DNA from: Actinomycetota bacterium
Lineage (GTDB): Bacteria; Actinomycetota; Acidimicrobiia; Actinomarinales; Actinomarinaceae
DNA: 64,000 bases
NCBI GenBank assembly: GCA_027729925.1
Contig: JAQCEB010000001.1
Location: 23,419 to 87,418 of the forward strand
Direction of reading: 5' to 3'
Part shown: in pieces, positions 29,115 to 39,178 of the stretch
How the letters are laid out: each line of letters opens with the position of its first letter
Position numbering within the stretch: the first letter of the stretch is position 1
Made by a program: the position numbers and the translations under genes
Notes under the pieces: model-generated
Databases searched by the model: none
Seen by the model: the letters and a program-made list of their open reading frames with translations, nothing else
What the model was told of the DNA's origin: nothing

Positions 29115-29562
29115 AAACCTTAATTCCAAAATTTTATTTATCACAACATTAGTAATTTTAGATATTGGTACAAAATTTTATATTAGAAAATTTAATGTTC
29201 AAGAAGTTGAATTAATTAATGGAATATTGACTATTGACTTAACTTATAATACAGGAATAGCATTTGGATTTTTAAGTAACCATACTGAAGTTACTTATAT
29301 TTTTTCTTTGTTTATTTTCATTTGGTTAATAAATCAATTTAGGAGCTCTACAAATACAAATCTAGAACTATATGGGCTTTTATTAATTATTTCTGGAGCA
29401 ATAGGTAACTTATCTGAGCGTGGTTGGAATTTGTTAACAAACAATAATGGAAAAGTAACAGATTTCATAGAATTTTTGTTCATTCCAAGTTTTAATTTTG
29501 CTGATATGTACATAAGCTTAGGAATCGTAATTATTTTATTTCTGGAGTTGAAAAATAAATAA
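29104..29562 (+). CDS. lspA: lipoprotein signal peptidase II
   Basis: NTGIAFG and FNFADMYISLG motifs, 4 TM helices. Confidence 0.85.
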   Translation: MNLKNLNSKILFITTLVILDIGTKFYIRKFNVQEVELINGILTIDLTYNTGIAFGFLSNHTEVTYIFSLFIFIWLINQFRSSTNTNLELYGLLLIISGAIGNLSERGWNLLTNNNGKVTDFIEFLFIPSFNFADMYISLGIVIILFLELKNK

Positions 29563-30220
29563 CATCGAAATTGTATATCAAAATATTGATTTTGTAGTTT
29601 TAAATAAACCATTTGGTTTATTAACTCATCCTAAAAATTCTTCATCAGAATGGACTTTACAAGATTTTTTAATTGAGAATTTTGAACTAGAAGGATACGT
29701 TGAAAATGATCGAAAAGGAATAGTACATAGACTAGATAGAGTTACGAGTGGCTTAATTCTTTGCCCTTTAAACAATGACACACATTATGAATTTGAAAAA
29801 AAATTTAAAGAAAGAGAAATTTTTAAAAAATATAGAGCTGTTGTTGAGGGAGTAATTTTTCCAAAAAAAGCAGAACTTGAGTTACCTTTAAGGCACTCAA
29901 TAAAAAATAGAAAAAAAAGAGAAGTGCATCATGAAGGTAGAAGAGCTATAACTGAGTATGAATTAATTACTAATAATCAGCAATTTTCATTATTAGATAT
30001 TAACTTAGTAACAGGTAGAAATCATCAAATTAGAGCACATTTTGAATATATTAAATATCCAATAGTAAATGACGAATTATATGGAGGAAAAAGAAATTCA
30101 AAAGTTCCTTCTTCTGCAATCTGTTTACAGGCATATAAGCTTACTTTTAATTATAAAAATGAAAATTATAGTTTTGAAATTAATATCCCAGAATATTTTA
30201 CTTCAATAATAAATATCTAA
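29555..30220 (+). CDS. rluD: RluA-family 23S rRNA pseudouridine synthase (start codon uncertain, no canonical start in frame)
   Basis: Continuous frame 29552-30220 encodes ...IVYQNIDFVVLNKPFGLLTHP...GIVHRLDRVTSGLIL...NHQIRAHF, the catalytic Asp motif (HRLD) and a conserved core. The first ATG/GTG/TTG in frame is GTG 29924, after the catalytic motifs. GGAG at 29544-47 precedes ATA 29555. Confidence 0.7.
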   Translation: MNNIEIVYQNIDFVVLNKPFGLLTHPKNSSSEWTLQDFLIENFELEGYVENDRKGIVHRLDRVTSGLILCPLNNDTHYEFEKKFKEREIFKKYRAVVEGVIFPKKAELELPLRHSIKNRKKREVHHEGRRAITEYELITNNQQFSLLDINLVTGRNHQIRAHFEYIKYPIVNDELYGGKRNSKVPSSAICLQAYKLTFNYKNENYSFEINIPEYFTSIINI

Positions 30221-30248
30221 TTTTCATAATTTTCTTTAATATGTTTTT

Positions 30249-33200
30249 ATGAATAAATCTTTTGTACATTTACATGCGCATACTGAGTACTCAATGCTTG
30301 ATGGCGCAGCAAAAATTAAAGATTATCTAAAAAAGGTTTCAGATTTAAATCAACCAGCTGCTGCTATTACAGATCATGGTAATTTATACGGTGCATTAGA
30401 GTTTTATGAAGAAGCAATTAAACTTGGGATTAAGCCAATTATTGGGTATGAAGCTTACATAACCCCTACTTCAAGGTTTGAACGTCCTGAGAGAGATAAA
30501 AACAAAAGATATCATTTAACACTTCTTGCCGAAAATAATCAAGGTTATCAAAATCTTTTAGAATTAGTTAGTAAAGCTTATTTAGAAGGTTACTATTACA
30601 AACCACGCATCGATTATGAATTATTAGAAGAATATTCAACCGGTTTGATTGCTTTATCAGGTTGTTTGGGTGGTGAGATTGCACAATTCTTAGCACCAGA
30701 TGGCTCCAATGAAGAAGGTAATAACGAAGTAGTAAGAAGTTACGAAAAAGCATTGTTAGCTGCAAAAAAATATCAAAATATTTTTGGTAAAGAAAACTTT
30801 TTTATTGAATTACATAATCATGGAATTAACCAGCAAATTGAAATTCTGCCAGACTTAGTGAAAATATCACAAGAAATTGATGCTCCTCTTGTAGCTACAA
30901 ATGACTCTCATTATGTAGAACAATTAGATTCATCTGCTCACGATGCATTGCTATGTGTTCAAACTAATGCAACATTGGATGATGAAAATAGATTTAAATT
31001 TGAAGGTTCTGGTTATTATGTAAAGTCTTCAGAGGAGATGAGACTACTCTTTCCTGAAGAGTTATATCTAAATGCATGTGATAATACTCTAAAAATTGCA
31101 GAGCGAATCGAATATAATTTTGACTTTAATCAAACTTTCCTTCCTGATTTTCCAGTAAGTGAAGATCAAAATGTAGAAGAATTTTTGAAAAGAAAAGTTT
31201 TTAATGGTGCAAAAGATAAATATAAAAATTTAACTAAAGAAATTGAAAATAGAATAGATTATGAATTGGATGTAATTAACTCTATGGGTTACGCTTCTTA
31301 TTTTTTAATTGTTGGAGACTTAATAGAGTTTGCTAAAAGTAATAAAATCCGCACAGGTGCTGGAAGAGGTTCAGCAGCGGGATCTATAGTTTCATACTGT
31401 CTAGGTATAACAGGAATCGATCCTTTGAAATACGGTTTAATTTTTGAAAGATTTTTAAATAAAGGTAGAAAATCTCTACCGGATATTGATATGGATTTTG
31501 ATGAAAGATATAGAGCAGATGTTATTAATTATGCTATCGAAAAGTATGGTAAAGATAGAGTTGCACACATTGTTACTTTTGCAACTATTAAAGCAAAACA
31601 AGCAATAAGAGATTCAGCGAGAGTATTGGGATTACCTTTTTCTAGCGGAGACAAAGTAGCTAAATTAATGCCTCCGATGATATTAGGAAACACAGCAACT
31701 ATTTCTGAGTGCTTAAAATTAGATGAGGACAATTCAAGCGGTTACAGTAAAGAATTTTATAATGCGTCTGAAGAGCTAAGAAAAGAATACAGTTCAGATG
31801 ATGAGGTTAAAAAAATTGTTGATATTGCATTAGGACTTGAAGGTTTAAGAAGGCAAGATGGAATACATGCTGCTGCGATAGTGATTTCACCTGAAAGTAT
31901 AACTAATTATCTACCCATCCAAAGAAAAGGTGAGAGTTCAGAAATAGTTACTCAGTATGAAATGCATACAGTAGAAAAATTAGGCTTACTTAAAATGGAT
32001 TTTCTAGGCTTAAGAAATTTATCAATTTTGGATAGAACCATCGAGTTAATCGGAGATCCAAATTTTGATATCGACAATGTGCCTTTAAATGATCCAAAAA
32101 CGTATAAATTGTTTTCAGAAGGAAGAATGATTGGAGTATTTCAATTAGAAAGCCGGGTAGCTCAATCTGTTTCGAAAAACTTAAATCCAACTAGATTTGA
32201 AGATATTGTTGCTTTGGTTGCTTTAATTAGACCTGGACCATTAGGTGCTGGTATGCACAATGAATTTGCAAATAGAGCGAACTCAAGGAAAGAAATTGAA
32301 TATCTACACAAAGACTTGGAAGAAATATTATCAGAAACTTATGGAGTTATATTATATCAAGAACAAGTAATGCAAATAGCTGAAAAAATTGCTGGGTTAA
32401 ATCTTCAGGAAGCTGACAATTTAAGAGTAGCAATGGGAAAGAAGATTCCTAAAGTTATGGAAGAACAAAGAATAAAATTTACAGAAGGTGCTATTAAAAA
32501 AGGATACTCTGAACAATTTTCGATAGAACTTTTTGACCAAATTGCATATTTTGCAGGATATGGTTTTAATAAGAGCCATTCAGTTCCGTATGCATTGCTG
32601 GCATATCAAACTGCTTATTTAAAAGCAAATTATCCAGCAGAATACTTAGCAGCATGTTTAACTGCTGTAAAAAGAGACAAAGATAGAACTGCAATTTTTT
32701 TATCCGAAGCTCGCGAAATTGGAGTTGCAGTTACAACTCCTGATATCAATGCAAGTTTTGAAGACTTTACTGTAAAGGAAAACAAAATTTTGTTTGGAAT
32801 TTCTGCTATTAGAAATGTAGGTGATATTACTGCAAATAAAATTGTCAAAGAGAGAGATTCTAATGGGCCTTACACATCGGTTGAAAATTTTCTTTCAAGA
32901 ATTGATTCAAGATCATTAAATAAAAGAGGGGTCGAGGCATTAATCCAAGGGGGAGGACTAGACAAATTTGGACATACTAGATTTGGTTTATACGAATCTG
33001 CAATTGATTTAATTGAAAAGGCTAAAAAAAATAAATCTCATTTAGCAAGCGTTCAGTCATCACTTTTTGATATTGAAGATGGCACAAATGACTTATTAGA
33101 GATTAGTAAAAAAGAATGGCCTAAAAAAGAATTCCTTGAAAGAGAAAGAGAAATGCTAGGTTTTTTTGTAAGTGAAGATCCACTTGAGGGGTATGGAAAA

Positions 33201-33743
33201 ATTCTTAGAGCTGAATCATCACATACAGTTTTAGAACTTCAAGATATTGATGATGAAGAAGAAATATCAGTAACAATATCAGGCCTCGTTTCTAATGTTC
33301 AAAAAAGAGTTTCAAGAAGGGGAAATCCTTGGATTCAATTTGACTTACAAGATATAACGGGAGCACTTAGTGTTTTGCTTTTTAATAAATTAGTAGAAAA
33401 ATATAATAATTTATTTGATGGTGAAATTTATTTGAAAATAACGGGAACATATTCAGGAGGAAGTGAAAATACAATAAGAGCTAGGGATATTGAATTATTA
33501 GAACCTTCTAAACTAATAGAAAGTATTGACACCTCTCCATTAAGAATTTCTGTCAAAGAAAATAAGCTTGAGAAAAACAATTTAATTCTTCTTAAAGAAC
33601 TTTTAACAAAATACCCTGGCCAATCAATTGTTGAATTAGAAGTTGATAGCAATGGAGAAATTAAATTATTAGAGCTCAAAGAAATTAGAGTAAGAAAAAC
33701 AACTCAATTAAAAAATGAGATTGCAACCTTATTCTCAAACTAA
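30249..33743 (+). CDS. dnaE: DNA polymerase III subunit alpha
   Basis: 1164 aa. N-terminal PHP domain (HLHAHTEYSMLDGA) and polymerase core (GLLKMDFLGLRNL). Confidence 0.95.
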   Translation: MNKSFVHLHAHTEYSMLDGAAKIKDYLKKVSDLNQPAAAITDHGNLYGALEFYEEAIKLGIKPIIGYEAYITPTSRFERPERDKNKRYHLTLLAENNQGYQNLLELVSKAYLEGYYYKPRIDYELLEEYSTGLIALSGCLGGEIAQFLAPDGSNEEGNNEVVRSYEKALLAAKKYQNIFGKENFFIELHNHGINQQIEILPDLVKISQEIDAPLVATNDSHYVEQLDSSAHDALLCVQTNATLDDENRFKFEGSGYYVKSSEEMRLLFPEELYLNACDNTLKIAERIEYNFDFNQTFLPDFPVSEDQNVEEFLKRKVFNGAKDKYKNLTKEIENRIDYELDVINSMGYASYFLIVGDLIEFAKSNKIRTGAGRGSAAGSIVSYCLGITGIDPLKYGLIFERFLNKGRKSLPDIDMDFDERYRADVINYAIEKYGKDRVAHIVTFATIKAKQAIRDSARVLGLPFSSGDKVAKLMPPMILGNTATISECLKLDEDNSSGYSKEFYNASEELRKEYSSDDEVKKIVDIALGLEGLRRQDGIHAAAIVISPESITNYLPIQRKGESSEIVTQYEMHTVEKLGLLKMDFLGLRNLSILDRTIELIGDPNFDIDNVPLNDPKTYKLFSEGRMIGVFQLESRVAQSVSKNLNPTRFEDIVALVALIRPGPLGAGMHNEFANRANSRKEIEYLHKDLEEILSETYGVILYQEQVMQIAEKIAGLNLQEADNLRVAMGKKIPKVMEEQRIKFTEGAIKKGYSEQFSIELFDQIAYFAGYGFNKSHSVPYALLAYQTAYLKANYPAEYLAACLTAVKRDKDRTAIFLSEAREIGVAVTTPDINASFEDFTVKENKILFGISAIRNVGDITANKIVKERDSNGPYTSVENFLSRIDSRSLNKRGVEALIQGGGLDKFGHTRFGLYESAIDLIEKAKKNKSHLASVQSSLFDIEDGTNDLLEISKKEWPKKEFLEREREMLGFFVSEDPLEGYGKILRAESSHTVLELQDIDDEEEISVTISGLVSNVQKRVSRRGNPWIQFDLQDITGALSVLLFNKLVEKYNNLFDGEIYLKITGTYSGGSENTIRARDIELLEPSKLIESIDTSPLRISVKENKLEKNNLILLKELLTKYPGQSIVELEVDSNGEIKLLELKEIRVRKTTQLKNEIATLFSN

Positions 33744-33756
33744 TTATTATTTAGTT

Positions 33757-33966
33757 ATGGCATTAAATTTAGAAGAATTTATTTCAAGATTTAAAAAGAG
33801 AGCAGAAGCTGTTAAAAGTAGATCTATCCCCCCAATAGGAGGTGATGAAAGAACTGCTTTCATAAAACAAGCTGAAATTGATTATCAAGATTTTATGATT
33901 ATTTCAGATTCCGAAATAGAAGTAAATGATGAGTATTTAATTTTAAGATATAAGTTGGATAAATAA
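33757..33966 (+). CDS. hypothetical small protein (69 aa)
   Basis: ORF abutting the dnaE stop and convergent with thyX. Start set at ATG 33757 to avoid the 29-nt overlap with dnaE. Confidence 0.3.
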   Translation: MALNLEEFISRFKKRAEAVKSRSIPPIGGDERTAFIKQAEIDYQDFMIISDSEIEVNDEYLILRYKLDK

Positions 33967-34626
33967 TTACAAGTTTTTATTCATTGGAAAAATTTTATTA
34001 ATTACTTCAGCACAAGCATTAGCAATTTCCATATGTTCTTTTTGTGTGCCATTTGCAGATCTTAATTGAATATAGTGTATCCAGCTTCTTAAAGTTCCAT
34101 TCATATACAACCTGCTAACAGTATTACCTTCTGGCAGCACAGATCGAGCTTGCTCTTTTGCTATTCCATTTTCAATTGCCCAATTATAAGTTTCAATAGC
34201 TTTATCTATAAGATGTTGTTGTTTTGTTGCCCAAGATTCATTTATTTTTTGATCATCTGTTGGAATTGAGTTTTGTCTGTTTTTAAGATCTTGTAAACGC
34301 GCTTCTCTTATTACAAACTCTAAATCTTTTACAGGGTTTGCATACCTTTGACTAAATTCTTGAAAACTGAACGATCTGTGTCTTAACATTTGTCTTGCTA
34401 TGTCTCTGGTTGTTTCAATTTCAAGGCACGCACTAACCATTTCTAAAGGAGACCAATGAGAATTTTTAATTAAATACTCAATCAACTTTTCAGAAGTTTC
34501 TGTGTTTAATTGATTTGATGGGTTTGAAACTCTTGCACAAAATGCTACAAGTTCTTGTGCATTATCAATACCAAAGTTTGAGATCTCTTCAGTTGGTTTA
34601 GAATAACTTATTAATTTAACTTTCAT
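33967..34626 (-). CDS. thyX: FAD-dependent thymidylate synthase
   Basis: ThyX signature RHRSFSFQEFSQRY (RHR-x7-S...QxSxRY) and 219 aa length. Confidence 0.85.
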   Translation of the reverse strand: MKVKLISYSKPTEEISNFGIDNAQELVAFCARVSNPSNQLNTETSEKLIEYLIKNSHWSPLEMVSACLEIETTRDIARQMLRHRSFSFQEFSQRYANPVKDLEFVIREARLQDLKNRQNSIPTDDQKINESWATKQQHLIDKAIETYNWAIENGIAKEQARSVLPEGNTVSRLYMNGTLRSWIHYIQLRSANGTQKEHMEIANACAEVINKIFPMNKNL

Positions 34627-34656
34627 TTATGTAACTATATTAAAATATTTAAAAAT

Positions 34657-34923
34657 ATGTTTTTACTTAGAATAATTGTTTTTTTAATAATCTCTGCCTT
34701 ATTGTTAATACTTAGTTATCCATTATTAATTGTATTTGATATTTCCAGGGGTGGTAATGGATTTGGTATTTGTGATGATCTAGTTTTATGTTCTATACCG
34801 ATAACAGAAGGACCACGATTATTAGTTTTATTAATTTCTTTATTTTTTATTTTAGTTCTAATGTTAAGAGGTGTCATGAGGTTGATTAGTTCACTGAATA
34901 AGGAAAAATCTATTCTTTTATAA
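34657..34923 (+). CDS. small membrane protein (88 aa)
   Basis: Two hydrophobic helices. No motif. Confidence 0.3.
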   Translation: MFLLRIIVFLIISALLLILSYPLLIVFDISRGGNGFGICDDLVLCSIPITEGPRLLVLLISLFFILVLMLRGVMRLISSLNKEKSILL

Positions 34924-35749
34924 CAATAAAGATAGAAAATAAAACCATGGAAACACCTATCCAATTTAAAAAACCTAAAATTTCCTTAGCCACCAATATT
35001 CCAATTAGTAATGCAAAAATAGCTTCTAGGCTTAGAATCAAAGCAGAAGTTGACGCAGATATAAATTTTTGACCGTATAACTGTAGATAAAAAGCTGCAA
35101 CATTTACAACTAATCCTAAAAATATAATTGGAAAAATTAATTCGCTTAAAAGGTAAAAATTATTTTTAGTTAAAAAAGGTATACAAAGTAATGCACCAGT
35201 CAAAGATTGTATAAACATTAACTGAGAAATTTCAAATTTATTAACATACTTTTCTACTAAAACGATATGAACTGCATAGGAAAAAGCACAAAGTAAAGTA
35301 AAAAAATTTCCAGTAATTTGGGATAAATCGTTAATTGAAATGAGAAGTATTCCTATAAAGCCAATAAATGAAAAGAAATAATTCTTTTTTGGAATTTTAT
35401 TTTTATTTAGAAATCTAGATATAAAAGGAGTTAGTACTATATAAAATCCTGTAACGATGCCTGAATTTATAGAACTAGTAGTTAAAAGACCTTGAGTTTG
35501 AGTTATGTAACCTAACCACAAGAATAAACCCATTAAAATACCAGGCTTTAAAATCATTTTATTTGGAATGCCGCCAATAATAAAAAATAAAATAGCAGCA
35601 ATAAAATATCTGGTAAAAACTATAAACACTGGTTCAACGCTTTGAAGTAAATTTTTAACTATCAAAAATGTAGAACCAAAAAATAAAGATGAAATAAATA
35701 AAGCTAAATATGCTTTTAGTCTCTTATTCTTGACCATTGGAATGAACAT
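34910..35749 (-). CDS. EamA/DMT-family transporter
   Basis: About 10 TM helices with a duplicated EamA-like architecture. Confidence 0.6.
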   Translation of the reverse strand: MFIPMVKNKRLKAYLALFISSLFFGSTFLIVKNLLQSVEPVFIVFTRYFIAAILFFIIGGIPNKMILKPGILMGLFLWLGYITQTQGLLTTSSINSGIVTGFYIVLTPFISRFLNKNKIPKKNYFFSFIGFIGILLISINDLSQITGNFFTLLCAFSYAVHIVLVEKYVNKFEISQLMFIQSLTGALLCIPFLTKNNFYLLSELIFPIIFLGLVVNVAAFYLQLYGQKFISASTSALILSLEAIFALLIGILVAKEILGFLNWIGVSMVLFSIFIVIKE

Positions 35750-35775
35750 TATTATATATATCTTAAAATAAATTT

Positions 35776-36417
35776 ATGAGTACTAAGAAACAAATTAAAG
35801 GTAAAAAAATTTTAAATATTTTAGAAGAGATTTATCCTTCAGTTCCAATTCCGTTAAATCATGAAGACCCATTCACATTATTAGTAGCAGTTGTCTTGTC
35901 TGCTCAATGTACTGATGTTAGAGTAAATCAAGTTACTCCTTCATTATTCAGAGAAGGAGGTACTCCAAATAAAATGGCTAAATTACCTTTAAAAAAAATT
36001 GAAAAAATAATAAGACCATGTGGGTTGTCTCCACAGAAATCAAAAGCAATAAAAAATTTATCTTCTTTAATAGTTGAAAAATATAACTCTAAAGTTCCTG
36101 AGAGTTTTAGTGAACTTGAAAGTTTGCCAGGGGTCGGACACAAAACAGCATCAGTAGTTATGAGTCAAGCATTTAATATCCCAGCGTTTCCAATAGATAC
36201 TCATATTCATCGACTTGCTTGGAGGTGGGGTTTGTCGTCAGGCAAAAATGTAATACAAACTGAGAAAGATTTAAAAAAAATTTTCCCTGAAAATAAATGG
36301 AATAAACTACATTTACAATTAATTTTTTATGGAAGAGAATATTGTCCTGCACGTGGACATGATTTAAGTAAATGTAAAATTTGTCAACTCTATAGAAGAA
36401 AGAGTAATTTTAAGTAA
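35776..36417 (+). CDS. nth: endonuclease III
   Basis: HhH-GPD motif (LPGVGHKTASVVMSQAF), catalytic Lys region, and C-terminal Fe-S Cys cluster CPARGHDLSKCKIC. Confidence 0.85.
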   Translation: MSTKKQIKGKKILNILEEIYPSVPIPLNHEDPFTLLVAVVLSAQCTDVRVNQVTPSLFREGGTPNKMAKLPLKKIEKIIRPCGLSPQKSKAIKNLSSLIVEKYNSKVPESFSELESLPGVGHKTASVVMSQAFNIPAFPIDTHIHRLAWRWGLSSGKNVIQTEKDLKKIFPENKWNKLHLQLIFYGREYCPARGHDLSKCKICQLYRRKSNFK

Positions 36418-36461
36418 ACCTTCACAAAAATTTATTTTTTAACATTGTCTATATTTGAATA

Positions 36462-37169
36462 ATGGATATAAATTTTAGTATTGCCTTTATATTTGGAATA
36501 TTGTCCTTTTTCTCTCCATGCGTATTGCCATTAGTTCCAGGTTATTTATCAATTTTTTCACTACAAGGGAAAAGTAGATATGACAAAGTAGTTGGTTCTT
36601 TACAATTTATTTTAGGATTCTCGCTAGTTTTCATTTCGTTAGCCGCAATCACAACTACAGTTGGTTCATTTTTTACTAAAAACTCAAGCACATTATCTAA
36701 GATAAGCGGAGTAATAATTATTACTTTTGGACTTATATTATTAATTCCAAAATTAAATTCAAACTATTTCTATAGTTCAAATTTTATTAATATTGACAAA
36801 TTTAAAAAAACGAAAAATTTTGTGATGGGTTTTACTTTTGGATTTGGATTTACTCCATGTATTGGACCAGTTTTAGGAGCACTTTTAACGTTATCTTCAA
36901 ATTCAGATACAGCTCAAACAGGAATACTATATTTGGTATTTTTTTCTATTGGACTTGGTATTCCATTTTTTACAATATCTATAATTTCAAATAGTGTTAA
37001 CTACAAAAATAGATTCTTTATTAGTTTTCAAAAAATTTCATCAAAACTTTCTGGTGTTACTTTAATATTTATTGGATCACTTATTTATTTAGATAAAATG
37101 TATATTTTAGCCTCTTTTTTTCAAAAACTATTAATAAACCTTAATCTTGAGTGGTTAAGTACAATTTAA
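36462..37169 (+). CDS. ccdA: cytochrome c-type biogenesis protein CcdA (DsbD-like)
   Basis: FSPCVLPLVPGYLS and GFTPCIGPVLGA motifs with paired Cys, 6 TM helices. Confidence 0.8.
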   Translation: MDINFSIAFIFGILSFFSPCVLPLVPGYLSIFSLQGKSRYDKVVGSLQFILGFSLVFISLAAITTTVGSFFTKNSSTLSKISGVIIITFGLILLIPKLNSNYFYSSNFINIDKFKKTKNFVMGFTFGFGFTPCIGPVLGALLTLSSNSDTAQTGILYLVFFSIGLGIPFFTISIISNSVNYKNRFFISFQKISSKLSGVTLIFIGSLIYLDKMYILASFFQKLLINLNLEWLSTI

Positions 37170-37172
37170 AAT

Positions 37173-37739
37173 ATGATTAATCTTCACTCCAATTATGCAC
37201 TTAAAATTTCCGGTAAAGATTCGTATAAATTTATTGATTCGCTAATTTCAAATAAAATTGAAAATGAAAAATTTAAAGGTTCTTATTTATTAAAACCTGA
37301 TGGAAAAATTGATTATTGGTTTTTAACTACCTTGAAGAATGAAGATATATTAATTCTTCAACAAAAGGAAGAACTTTTAAAAATAAAAAATTCATTAGAA
37401 AAATATAAAATTCGAATTATTTGTGAACTTGAAATTATTAAAGAAAACTATGTTTTAAATGTTTCAAATCAAAATGATAAATTAATTATTGAAAAATTAG
37501 ATAAGCCATTCCAGGAAGAAAATTGGAATGAGGTTTGTTTAAAACTTGCTTTACCTACTTCTGAAATAACATTAAATGGTTTGATGCCAAATGAAGTAAA
37601 CATGCTTGATAGTCTTGTTGATTACTACAAAGGTTGTTTTCTAGGTCAAGAACAAACATCACGAGTAAAATTTAGAGGAAAACCAAGAAGAATCCTTAAA
37701 ACGAATGACTCTAATATTCAAGAAATTGTAAAAATTTAA
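37173..37739 (+). CDS. YgfZ-like folate-binding protein (GcvT C-terminal fold)
   Basis: KGCFLGQEQTSRV matches the YgfZ K-G-C-[YF]-x-G-Q-E signature. Confidence 0.55.
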   Translation: MINLHSNYALKISGKDSYKFIDSLISNKIENEKFKGSYLLKPDGKIDYWFLTTLKNEDILILQQKEELLKIKNSLEKYKIRIICELEIIKENYVLNVSNQNDKLIIEKLDKPFQEENWNEVCLKLALPTSEITLNGLMPNEVNMLDSLVDYYKGCFLGQEQTSRVKFRGKPRRILKTNDSNIQEIVKI

Positions 37740-37747
37740 TATAAATT

Positions 37748-38059
37748 ATGCACTTAAGATGCAGTTTCTGCGGTAGGACAGTATTTCAAAATAAATCACC
37801 CGAATATACTTTGTGTTCAATTAATTGTAAAAAATTATTTATTAATAAACAAGAGATTGATTATTACGAAAATAAAATTATGGAGCTTTTGGATATTAAG
37901 ACAATTCAAGTATCAGAATTACAGAATCATTTTAAAATTCATGAAAAATTTAAAGTCGTTTCTGCTGTTCGAAGACTTATATATTTTAGAAAATTTATAA
38001 AAGCTAAAACAAAAAATGAAATTTCACAAAGAAGTTATATTTTTAAAGTGAAAAAATAG
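37748..38059 (+). CDS. hypothetical zinc-ribbon protein (103 aa)
   Basis: N-terminal CSFCG...CSINC four-Cys motif, basic C-terminus. Confidence 0.35.
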   Translation: MHLRCSFCGRTVFQNKSPEYTLCSINCKKLFINKQEIDYYENKIMELLDIKTIQVSELQNHFKIHEKFKVVSAVRRLIYFRKFIKAKTKNEISQRSYIFKVKK

Positions 38060-38657
38060 CGCCTTTGTCGAATTTTTTTAGAGAAAATTGTACTATCGGA
38101 CCAACACTTAATACCATAATTATCGTACCCACTCCATATGATCCGCCTAAAATTACACCAACAACAAATGCTGTAAAGTCTATTGCAATTCGAGTAACTC
38201 TAATACTTGGGCCAAGTTTTGAAATACCAACCATTATTCCATCCCTTGGACCAGGTCCAAGTCCTGCACCTACATAAACCCCAACTCCAACTGCAAAAAA
38301 TATTGTTCCAAAAACTAGATAAAAAACTTTTATTAAGAGTAATTTTGGTGATGGTAAAAATATCATAACCACATCTATAACATTTCCAATTATTAGAATG
38401 TTCAATATTGTTCCTATAAAAGGTTTTTGTTTTAGCGGTATCCAACCAATTAAGAGAATGAAACCTGTAATAACTCCAGCAAATCCAATTTTTACATTTA
38501 TTACTTGGCTAAAACCATCATGGAAAACATCCCAAGAATTTAATCCTAAGTCAGCCTCTATTGTAAAAGCCAAGCCAAATCCACATAAAAATAATCCAAA
38601 AATAAGTTGAGGCAATCTAGAAATTATTAATTTATTCATTTTGAAACAAATTTTCAA
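38043..38657 (-). CDS. YczE/YitT-like integral membrane protein
   Basis: Motif GFGLAFTIEADLGLNSWDVF followed by a Gly-rich helix. 6 TM helices. Confidence 0.45.
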   Translation of the reverse strand: MKICFKMNKLIISRLPQLIFGLFLCGFGLAFTIEADLGLNSWDVFHDGFSQVINVKIGFAGVITGFILLIGWIPLKQKPFIGTILNILIIGNVIDVVMIFLPSPKLLLIKVFYLVFGTIFFAVGVGVYVGAGLGPGPRDGIMVGISKLGPSIRVTRIAIDFTAFVVGVILGGSYGVGTIIMVLSVGPIVQFSLKKFDKGAIFSL

Positions 38658-39003
38658 GTACAGATACTTTTTCTGGACATAGTTCGTATATTGATTGAAA
38701 TCTTAAAATAGGTATTATTCTATTAGTTGATTCAAGCTCAATTCCAAAAGTTAAAAGTATCTTAGAAATATTCAATAATGAATCATCTGCATTTTGCCAT
38801 TCTTCTGCAGAGTTACAGATATTTTTTCCTATTTCAATAATTTCTTTATCTTTTAAATTTTTAAAATTTTCATCACTATCTGCTATATAAATTTGATTCA
38901 AAAATTCTTCTCCAAATTTTGTTGGCTGTAAGGACTTATAGGTTATAAAAAAAATAATTAAAACAACCAATATAAAGAAAAAAATATTTAATTTATTTTT
39001 CAT
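38632..39003 (-). CDS. hypothetical secreted/membrane-anchored protein
   Basis: Start set at ATG 39003 (MKNKLNIFFFILVV...) because the longer ORF overlaps the tRNA gene. N-terminal signal/anchor helix. Confidence 0.4.
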   Translation of the reverse strand: MKNKLNIFFFILVVLIIFFITYKSLQPTKFGEEFLNQIYIADSDENFKNLKDKEIIEIGKNICNSAEEWQNADDSLLNISKILLTFGIELESTNRIIPILRFQSIYELCPEKVSVLENLFQNE

Positions 39004-39030
39004 AAAAATTAACTTCAATCTTTTAACTTG

Positions 39031-39112
39031 TACCCGGAGGGGGAGTCGAACCCCCACATCCGAAGATACTGGATTTTGAATCCAGCGCGTCTGCCAATTC
39101 CGCCATCCGGGC
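39031..39112 (-). tRNA. tRNA-Leu (anticodon CAA)
   Basis: - strand sequence GCCCGGA-TG-GCGG...CUGGA-UUCAAAA-UCCAG with a long variable arm, T-arm GGGGG-TTCGACT-CCCCC, and a 7-bp acceptor stem (1 G-U). Anticodon loop UUCAAAA gives CAA. Confidence 0.85.
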
Positions 39113-39178
39113 CTTATAAAGATTATATTTCATATGTAGTTGAATGGAGAAATAAATATTAAGTTTAAACTTAGATAA

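Noticed and set aside
39113-39178. Possible promoter for the tRNA-Leu(CAA) gene
   Set aside because: Candidate -35/-10 hexamers have non-canonical spacing. Cannot be supported from sequence alone.
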